4,919 nucleotides of DNA from a virus (taxonomy: Duplodnaviria; Heunggongvirae; Uroviricota; Caudoviricetes), in the IMG/VR virus record IMGVR_UViG_2913123054_000007, positions 1-4,919 of that record; one strand, 5' to 3'. Under the pieces are notes generated by a model that had not been told where the DNA came from, made no database searches, and saw nothing but the letters and a program-made list of their open reading frames with translations. Position 1 is the stretch's first letter. Each line of letters begins with the position of its first letter. Positions 1 through 4,919 of this stretch are shown here, in pieces. The position numbers and the translations under genes are program-made.

Positions 1-342
1 ATGATGAAAAAAAGTATATTGGCGTTTTTGTTGCTCACCAGTTCCACTGCGGCGCTGGCGGCTCCTCAGGTAATTACCGTCAGCCGTTTTGAAATTGGCA
101 AAGACAAATGGGCGTTTAATCGCGAAGAAGTGATGTTGACATGCCGACCAGGTAATGCGCTGTATGTCATTAACCCCAGCACCCTGGTGCAATACCCTTT
201 GAACGATGTTGCGCAAAAAGAGGTTTCCAGTGGGAAGACTAAGGCCCAGCCTATTTCAGTGATCCAGATTGAAGATCCCAACAAACCCGGTGAAAAAATG
301 AGCCTGATGCCATTTATAGAACGAGCTGAAAAACTTTGCTGA
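1..342 (+). CDS. yebY: Small secreted/periplasmic protein with N-terminal signal peptide, YebY-like (DUF2511-type, from memory)
   Basis: ATG at 1, stop TGA 340-342, 113 aa. The N-terminus [22 protein letters not shown] is a classic Sec signal peptide with an AxA cleavage motif. The sequence matches my recollection of E. coli YebY; this was not verified by search. Confidence 0.8.
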   Translation: MMKKSILAFLLLTSSTAALAAPQVITVSRFEIGKDKWAFNREEVMLTCRPGNALYVINPSTLVQYPLNDVAQKEVSSGKTKAQPISVIQIEDPNKPGEKMSLMPFIERAEKLC

Positions 343-370
343 TTACCTGAATTAGGCTTTTGATTTGCCA

Positions 371-414
371 AAAAAAACGCCCAGGATCTTTTATCAGATC
401 GGGCGTTTTTTTTA
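371..414. terminator. Bidirectional rho-independent terminator (yebY on +, antisense sRNA on -)
   Basis: A8 run 371-378, GC-rich stem 379-383/402-406 (CGCCC/GGGCG) extended by GATC/GATC 386-389/398-401, 8-nt loop, then T8 run 407-414. The A-run upstream and T-run downstream let it terminate on both strands. Confidence 0.8.
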
Positions 415-479
415 CTTTTAAAACGATGATTAAGACGCTTTTTTCTGACCACTTTTCGTGTGGACTGGAAAACCTGGCG

Positions 480-498
480 TCGTCATCTATTCTTAAAG
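480..498 (+). promoter_or_regulatory. Candidate sigma-S-type promoter for sdsR
   Basis: CTATTCTTAA at 486-495 resembles the extended sigma-S -10 consensus (C at -13 followed by TAYACT-like hexamer). No clear -35, which is common for RpoS promoters. Predicted start about 499-501. Confidence 0.5.
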
Positions 499-603
499 GG
501 CTAGGCAACTAAGCCTGCATTAATGCCAACTTTTAGCGCACGGCTCTCTCCCAAGAGCCATTTCCCTGGACCGAATACAGGAATCGTATTCGGTCTTTTT
601 TTA
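499..603 (+). ncRNA. sdsR: SdsR (RyeB) RpoS-dependent small RNA
   Basis: About 104 nt downstream of yebY with three stem-loops: GCATTAATGC region (~515-527), GGCTCT/AGAGCC (543-560), and a perfect 10-bp terminator hairpin GACCGAATAC/GTATTCGGTC (569-595) followed by T7 (596-602). The sequence and the position next to yebY match what I recall of sdsR. Ends are approximate (+/-3 nt). Confidence 0.65.
580..602. other. Candidate attL core (last ~23 bp of sdsR)
   Basis: Published work that I recall (Salmonella/E. coli ryeA/ryeB locus as an insertion hot spot) places the phage attachment core in the last ~23 bp of ryeB. That corresponds to GGAATCGTATTCGGTCTTTTTTT here, and int ends 130 bp away at 734. 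The exact core limits cannot be fixed without attR or an empty site. Confidence 0.4.
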
Positions 604-614
604 ATTGTATTTAA

Positions 615-627
615 AATCAATTGGTTG
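615..627 (+). promoter_or_regulatory. Possible IHF binding site in the att arm
   Basis: AATCAATTGGTTG matches the IHF consensus WATCAANNNNTTR, in an AT-rich segment between the candidate core and int. Confidence 0.3.
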
Positions 628-636
628 CAAACGTCT

Positions 637-668
637 CCCCGAAATTCCCCGAAATTTACTCGAATTTC
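637..668. repeat. Tandem 10-bp direct repeats CCCCGAAATT x2 plus a degenerate third copy (candidate arm-type Int sites)
   Basis: CCCCGAAATT at 637-646 and 647-656, then ACTCGAATTTC at 658-668. They lie between the candidate core and the int stop, where arm-type sites are expected. Confidence 0.3.
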
Positions 669-733
669 TGTATTCCGGTCTTTTTTGGTTATATCACAAC
701 CAAAATACATTTAACAATCCATTTACGTTAAAA

Positions 734-1810
734 TCAGAGCAGTAAGTACGTTTTTTCTCTCTCATCAAGATACATTTTTGTTGTCTTCTCCGATGTGTGG
801 CCAAGTAGACGCTGAGCAAATTCTTCTCCACATGTCTCTTTGTACAATCGTCCAGCCAGACTTCTGATCTCGTGAAAAGTTGGTGGGTTTTCACTGAACT
901 GGATACCTGTTAATTTTCTGGCTGCGACAAATTTTTTTGTCAGGCCATCCGGGTGAATGCTGCCGTCAGGGCTGTTTTTTCTAATCCCGGCACTGATTAG
1001 ATAATCCCCCCTACTTACCAGGCGGCACCGTTCAACTATTGTACCAAGCCGTAATCCAGCGACCGGAAGGTTGAGTGACAGGGGGATAGCAATCATCATT
1101 CCCGTCTTAATTTGCCTGATGTGGAGACGATCATCATAAATATCACTGAACCGCATATTCGTTATGTCTTCGCGACGTTGTCCTGTTACAAGGGCTAAGT
1201 CCATAGCTAATGGGAACCATGCCGGAAGTTGGTCTGCTGCCTCCCTGATGCAGTTGTATGTCTTTAGTTTCAGTCGTTCTCTTGTAACTACTATTTTCGG
1301 TGCTCTTGTTGGCGTTACTGGATTTTGAGATATACGTCCTTCAACAATGGCCTCGCGGAACATATCAGATAACACAGAACGCATTGATCCTGCCATCGTG
1401 TTTTTCCCTCCTTCAATCCACGAATCAAGAAACTCGGCAATATGGCGAGTGGTTATTTCTGTCAGTAAAATCCCTCCCAGTTTTTCTTTTATTGTCTCCA
1501 GTTGATTTACCCGAATTTTATAAGTATTTCTGGACACTTTTCTCCTTATAAGAATCGTTTTGTAACGTTCGATCCAGTTTGACATAGTAAATGAATCGCC
1601 CCCTTTAAGTTTTTCAATTAAGGCTACAGGAGAGTAGGTTTTGTATATATAATGATTGGCTTCAATTGCCTGTGCTACCGCATCTCTTTTTGAAATTTTA
1701 CCTAGCGTAAATTCTTCTTTTGTCAGAGGATTGCGCCAGTAGTATGCTTTGTCCCTTCTTCGATATGTTAGGTTTCTAGGCAAATTGGGATCGTATTTTT
1801 TCCGCTGCAT
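734..1810 (-). CDS. int: Lambda-family tyrosine integrase
   Basis: 358 aa, ATG at 1810, stop TGA 734-736. It aligns along its length with lambda Int from memory (PNL..YYxRxPxTxKEF N-terminal arm-binding region; [11 protein letters not shown] vs lambda HELRSLSARLY; LLGH box; catalytic Tyr in KMYLDER near the C-terminus). Confidence 0.95.
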   Translation of the reverse strand: MQRKKYDPNLPRNLTYRRRDKAYYWRNPLTKEEFTLGKISKRDAVAQAIEANHYIYKTYSPVALIEKLKGGDSFTMSNWIERYKTILIRRKVSRNTYKIRVNQLETIKEKLGGILLTEITTRHIAEFLDSWIEGGKNTMAGSMRSVLSDMFREAIVEGRISQNPVTPTRAPKIVVTRERLKLKTYNCIREAADQLPAWFPLAMDLALVTGQRREDITNMRFSDIYDDRLHIRQIKTGMMIAIPLSLNLPVAGLRLGTIVERCRLVSRGDYLISAGIRKNSPDGSIHPDGLTKKFVAARKLTGIQFSENPPTFHEIRSLAGRLYKETCGEEFAQRLLGHTSEKTTKMYLDEREKTYLLL

Positions 1811-2057
1811 TTTTTAATTTCTCCAGTAACGGACTGTCTCTCCCTTGCCGACCAGTAGGCTGATGGTTTGTTATATCGGTATCAAACTTATTTGGGTTGA
1901 TATAGAATGCCTCCGGATCCACCCTGTAACTCCTCCCGTGCAGTTCAGGTGCGGGATAAATATTTCCATTCCTGGCCCACCGTCTCAGCGTTGATATTGA
2001 TGGTGGGTTATCCGGATATCTGAGTTTCCCCCACGTTTTGAGTGTCACAAGATTCAT
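1776..2057 (-). CDS. xis: Excisionase
   Basis: TLRRWARNGNIYPAPELHGRSYRV resembles the lambda Xis winged-helix region (TVRRWVRECRIFPPPVKDGREYLF). It overlaps the int start by 35 nt, as in lambda. I chose ATG at 2057 (MNLVTLK...) because AAGAGGT lies 7 nt upstream; the track's ATG at 2063 sits only 1 nt from that Shine-Dalgarno. Confidence 0.8.
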   Translation of the reverse strand: MNLVTLKTWGKLRYPDNPPSISTLRRWARNGNIYPAPELHGRSYRVDPEAFYINPNKFDTDITNHQPTGRQGRDSPLLEKLKNAAEKIRSQFA

Positions 2058-2079
2058 TGCCATACCTCTTACGATATGA

Positions 2080-2108
2080 CCGCCAGTAAATATACAGAAT
2101 ACTGGCGG
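2080..2108 (-). promoter_or_regulatory. 9-bp inverted repeat hairpin in the only sizeable intergenic gap of the operon
   Basis: CCGCCAGTA (2080-2088) and TACTGGCGG (2100-2108) flank an 11-nt loop, between the small-ORF stop (2164) and the xis start. No T-run follows on the - strand, so it is not a canonical terminator. Confidence 0.3.
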
Positions 2109-2163
2109 GCGTGGTTGATTTTTAATAATCAGCTATGAAGTTTTAATTTGAATACAATGCAAT

Positions 2164-2352
2164 TCACGAGGACTGAAGTTGCTCGCAATTAAAATTTATC
2201 AGTTTTACTTTCTGCTCTCTGGAAACGCCTGCTTCTTTTTTACCTGAGAGCATTTTTTCGCATTCTGATTTGGTTAACTTTGTTTTTGAGTACCTTGTCC
2301 AGTTGGTAGGAGAACCACCTTCCTTTTCAATAGTGGTGGTAATTTTATACAT
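2164..2352 (-). CDS. Small basic hypothetical protein (62 aa), possibly YdaC-like by synteny
   Basis: ATG at 2352 is preceded by GGAGGTG at the right spacing; stop TGA 2164-2166. The track's 86-aa version starts inside lar and lacks an RBS. Its position between xis and lar mirrors Rac (intR-xisR-ydaC-lar). I cannot confirm sequence homology from memory. Confidence 0.55.
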   Translation of the reverse strand: MYKITTTIEKEGGSPTNWTRYSKTKLTKSECEKMLSGKKEAGVSREQKVKLINFNCEQLQSS

Positions 2353-2575
2353 GAACACCTCCATTATTATTTCCAGTGGTTCGTTTATTCCATCTTTCGA
2401 GTGCTTCTTTTTCACTTCCACCATAACCGGTTCGGGATTTGCATCCGTTACACTTCGCTCGGTAATATCCTGAAATGGCTTTCACCGTTACTGATGGACA
2501 ACCACAAAATGGACATGGTTTGACTTTTGTGTATCGAACTGGTTTTTCTCCTGTGAGCTTTGTGGCTGCGCTCAT
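2345..2575 (-). CDS. lar: Lar-family restriction alleviation protein (zinc ribbon)
   Basis: 76 aa. CPFCG...CNGC forms a C-x2-C-x17-C-x2-C motif followed by EALERWNKR, typical of the Lar family as I recall it. The start ATG (2575-2573) overlaps the exo stop TGA (2574-2572) as ATGA. Confidence 0.75.
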   Translation of the reverse strand: MSAATKLTGEKPVRYTKVKPCPFCGCPSVTVKAISGYYRAKCNGCKSRTGYGGSEKEALERWNKRTTGNNNGGVHV

Positions 2576-3252
2576 TTCCATTGCTCCCCAAATACAAAAC
2601 CAATTTCAGCCAGTGCCTCGTCCATTTTTTCGATGAACTCCGGCACCATCTCGTCAAAACTCGCTATGTACTTTTCATCCCGCTCAACCACGACATAATG
2701 CAGGCCTTCACGCTTCATACGAGGGTCATAGTTGGCAAAGTACCAGGCATCTTTTCGCGTCACCCACATGCTGTACTGCACCTGGGCCATGTAAGCCGAC
2801 TTTATGGCCTCGAAACCACCGAGCCGGAACTTCATAAAATCCCGGGAGGTGAACGGGCATTTCAGCTCAAGGCCGTTGCCGTCACTGCATAAACCATCCG
2901 GAGAGCAGGCGGTACGCATACTTTCGTCGCGATAGATGATCGGGGATTCAGTAACATCCACGCCGGAAGTAAACTCAAACAGGGCTCTGGCGTCGTTCTC
3001 GTACTGTTTTCCCCAGGCCAGCGCCTTAGCGTTAACTTCAGGAGCCACACCGGTGCAAACCTCGGCAAGCAAGGTGTGGAAGTAGGACATTTTCATGTCT
3101 GGCCACTTTTTTCCTGAGCGGGGTTTTGCTATCACGTTGTGAACGTCTGAAGCTGTGATGACACCTAGCCGTAATTTGTGCCACGCATCATCTCCCTGTT
3201 CGACAGTTCTCACGTCGATCCCGGTACGCTGCAGGATAATGTCTGGTGTCAT
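2572..3252 (-). CDS. exo: Lambda exonuclease (Red alpha)
   Basis: 226 aa, [15 protein letters not shown]...GFVFGEQWK. It is essentially identical to lambda Exo from memory, with a few substitutions. The exo ATG overlaps the bet stop as ATGA. Confidence 0.97.
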   Translation of the reverse strand: MTPDIILQRTGIDVRTVEQGDDAWHKLRLGVITASDVHNVIAKPRSGKKWPDMKMSYFHTLLAEVCTGVAPEVNAKALAWGKQYENDARALFEFTSGVDVTESPIIYRDESMRTACSPDGLCSDGNGLELKCPFTSRDFMKFRLGGFEAIKSAYMAQVQYSMWVTRKDAWYFANYDPRMKREGLHYVVVERDEKYIASFDEMVPEFIEKMDEALAEIGFVFGEQWK

Positions 3253-4034
3253 GCTGCCACCTTCTGCCCTGCGGCTTTCTGTTTCAGGAATCCAAGAGCT
3301 TTTACCGCCTCGGCTTGTGTCAGTTCTGACGATGCGCGAATGTCGCGGCGAAGTATCTGGGAACAGAGCGGCAATAAGTCGTCATCCCATGTTTTATCCA
3401 GGGCGATCAGCAGAGTGTTAATCTCCTGCATGGTTTCCTCGTTAACCGGAGTGATGTCGCGTTCCGGTTGATGTTCTGCAGTGCATGCGGTATTTTCGAC
3501 AATGCGCTCGGCTTCATCCTTGTCATAAATACCAGCAAATCCGAAGGCCAGACGGGCACACTGAATCATGGCTTTATGCCGTAACATCCGTTTGGGATGC
3601 GACTGCCACGGTCCGGTGATTTCTTTGCCTTCTCGGGTTTTGAATGGTTCGCGACGGCACTCATCCATCCACTCGGTAACGCAGATCGGATGATTACGGT
3701 CCTTGCGGTAAATCCGGCATGTACATGATTCATTGTCCTGCTCAAAGTCCATGCCATCAAACTGCTGGTTTTCATTTATGATGCGGGACCAGCCATCAAC
3801 GCCCACCACCGGAACAATGCCGTTCTGCTTATCAGGGAAGGCGTAAATCTCTTTCGTCCACGGATTAAGTCCGTACTGGTTGGCGACGATCAGCAGCGCA
3901 ATGAATTGCGCATCGCTGGCATTACCTTTAAATGCCGTCTGGCGAAGAGTGGCGATCAGTTCCTGCGGGTCGACAGAATCCATGCCGACGCGTTCAGCCA
4001 GCTTCCCGGCCAGTGTTGCAAGTGCTGTACTCAT
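3249..4034 (-). CDS. bet: Red beta single-strand annealing protein
   Basis: 261 aa, [26 protein letters not shown]...; near-identical to lambda Bet from memory. AGAGG sits 10 nt upstream of the ATG at 4034. Confidence 0.97.
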   Translation of the reverse strand: MSTALATLAGKLAERVGMDSVDPQELIATLRQTAFKGNASDAQFIALLIVANQYGLNPWTKEIYAFPDKQNGIVPVVGVDGWSRIINENQQFDGMDFEQDNESCTCRIYRKDRNHPICVTEWMDECRREPFKTREGKEITGPWQSHPKRMLRHKAMIQCARLAFGFAGIYDKDEAERIVENTACTAEHQPERDITPVNEETMQEINTLLIALDKTWDDDLLPLCSQILRRDIRASSELTQAEAVKALGFLKQKAAGQKVAA

Positions 4035-4039
4035 TCGTT

Positions 4040-4339
4040 TTATACCTCTGAATCAATATCAACCTGGTGACGAGCAATGGTTTCAACCATGTACCGGATG
4101 TGCTCCGCCACGCGTTCCTGAAATTCAACATCGTTATCAAATGCGCGACTGATTGCCTGTTTGCTGGCACCGTGGCGTTGCAAATGGTCGATGCAGAGCG
4201 ATTCAAACAGGTGCTGGGGCAGACCTTTTTCCAGGTCGTCCGCCAGTTCCGTTTCTTTTTCTTCGCGAACGATCTTCTGGTAGTGGCGTGACCATGCCAG
4301 CTCTTCAATGCGATCAAAAATCGGGCATGTGCTCATCAT
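4040..4339 (-). CDS. gam: Gam, RecBCD inhibitor (short GamS-like form)
   Basis: 99 aa. ...[20 protein letters not shown]...[20 protein letters not shown] matches the lambda Gam C-terminal ~95 residues from memory. The start (ATG 4339 or 4336) lies inside the 3' end of the upstream ORF. Confidence 0.9.
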   Translation of the reverse strand: MMSTCPIFDRIEELAWSRHYQKIVREEKETELADDLEKGLPQHLFESLCIDHLQRHGASKQAISRAFDNDVEFQERVAEHIRYMVETIARHQVDIDSEV

Positions 4340-4919
4340 CCGTTACCCCAAAATTTTCAAGTTTGTTTGCGATCATCATTGCAATATCCGGAATTAATGG
4401 CGCTGAGGCTATACCTGCAGGATTCGCACATAAACCGTAAACCGCCGCAATCACCACTTGTCTTTTCCAGTCGAGTTTTTCTAATGATGAAGCTGCTGCT
4501 TCGCCAGTTTCATCACTGCAATCGCGATGCGGATCGCTGCCAGCATTCTCATTGTGCGTATGTTCTGTGCCTTCCATTTCCACCGGATCATTTTCCTTAG
4601 CTTCAACCTGATTCTCTTCATCGAATGTTTCCTGGTATGTTGCGTCGCCCATCACCGCACCACAGTCAGGGCAGTTATCCCCGCCAGTCTGACCGCAGGC
4701 ATTGCAGACTATTTCCGGTTCCTGTTGCACTACTGGCTCAGGTTGTTTCACATCCGGGCTGGTTTTTTCCGTTTCTGGCGTGTTTTGTTCCGTTTCTGGC
4801 TGGTTCTGGTACACAGAATCGCGAGTCTGGATCCCCTTAACCCATTTCGGATCGTTCGGGTCGCTAATTCCGTCAACAAATTCACCACGTGATGCAGCAA
4901 GCAATTTATCGGCATCGAC
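4314..4919 (-). CDS. Acidic, low-complexity protein with CxxC-x7-CxxC zinc knuckle; function unknown (5'-partial)
   Basis: The frame is open to the window edge: the track's 'M' at 4904 is a TTG and the reading frame continues (..[14 protein letters not shown]..). Stop TGA 4314-4316. About 40 D/E versus about 12 K/R by hand count. It has a PETExxT 7-aa repeat, [16 protein letters not shown] (~4660-4708) and a more hydrophobic C-terminal ~50 aa. I recognise no family. Confidence 0.6.
   Translation of the reverse strand, partial: VDADKLLAASRGEFVDGISDPNDPKWVKGIQTRDSVYQNQPETEQNTPETEKTSPDVKQPEPVVQQEPEIVCNACGQTGGDNCPDCGAVMGDATYQETFDEENQVEAKENDPVEMEGTEHTHNENAGSDPHRDCSDETGEAAASSLEKLDWKRQVVIAAVYGLCANPAGIASAPLIPDIAMMIANKLENFGVTDDEHMPDF

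Larger units (their letters stand above)
372..620 (-). ncRNA. sraC: Antisense small RNA RyeA/SraC (approximate extent)
   Basis: The known locus architecture has RyeA transcribed opposite and fully overlapping SdsR. On the - strand the 371-414 hairpin is followed by a T-run, giving a 3' end near 372. The 5' end is uncertain: in lysogens at this site the RyeA 5' region is reported to be replaced by phage DNA. Confidence 0.3.
580..4919 (-). mobile_element. Left end of a lambdoid prophage (attL to early-left recombination region), partial; continues beyond the window
   Basis: Gene order int-xis-...-exo-bet-gam is on one strand with int adjacent to the host junction. Exo, Bet and Gam match lambda almost residue for residue from memory. 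Confidence 0.85.

Noticed and set aside
420-620. A tRNA gene as the integration target
   Set aside because: Lambdoid integrases often target tRNA 3' ends, but I see no cloverleaf-compatible sequence or GTTCGAATC-like T-arm here. The region instead fits the sdsR sRNA with its own promoter and terminator.
314-894. ORFs across the att/sRNA region (314..508 -, 501..710 -, 523..714 +, 694..894 -)
   Set aside because: They overlap the terminator, the sdsR/ryeA sRNA locus, the att repeats or the int 3' end. They have no convincing RBS and the region is better explained as non-coding.
1300-1551. + strand 83-aa ORF inside int
   Set aside because: It is fully antisense to the integrase coding sequence, which is supported along its whole length; no independent signal.
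1776-2063. xis start at the first ATG (2063)
   Set aside because: The Shine-Dalgarno AAGAGGT ends 1 nt before that ATG, which is too close. The ATG at 2057 has proper spacing, so 2057 is preferred; the difference is only two residues.
2164-2424. 86-aa extended version of the small ORF and the 2270..2473 + ORF
   Set aside because: The extended start lies inside lar with no RBS, whereas ATG 2352 has GGAGG at ideal spacing. The + ORF is antisense to lar and the small ORF.
2560-4892. Multiple + strand ORFs of 67-121 aa in the track (2560..2892, 3155..3421, 3178..3471, 3880..4152, 4067..4291, 4153..4440, 4367..4600, 4527..4892, 4625..4840) and - strand out-of-frame ORFs (2448..2657, 2862..3068, 3566..3775, 3994..4317)
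   Set aside because: All lie antisense to, or out of frame within, the confidently identified exo, bet, gam and acidic ORFs. They have low-complexity or odd composition and no RBS context; such shadow ORFs are expected in GC-biased coding DNA.
1-4919. CRISPR arrays, IS elements or transposase genes
   Set aside because: No regularly spaced direct repeats of CRISPR type, no terminal inverted repeats, and no transposase-like ORF in any frame.

Overview
This window is the left junction of an integrated lambdoid prophage with the host chromosome, most likely in Escherichia coli. The host side (1-~600, + strand) carries a gene I recognise from memory as yebY, a bidirectional intrinsic terminator, and what I read as the sdsR (ryeB) small RNA with its antisense partner ryeA/sraC. 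The prophage side (~600-4919, all on the - strand) is one tightly packed, translationally coupled early-left operon: a 5'-truncated acidic zinc-ribbon ORF, then gam, bet, exo, a Lar-family restriction-alleviation gene, a 62-aa ORF, xis and int. The Red genes match phage lambda almost residue for residue from memory, while the int-proximal order (int, xis, small ORF, lar) resembles the Rac prophage, so the element looks mosaic. The best candidates for something undescribed are the acidic zinc-ribbon protein just upstream of gam and the small basic ORF paired with lar. I could not run any database search, so all family assignments rest on recalled sequences and motifs read directly from the ORF track.
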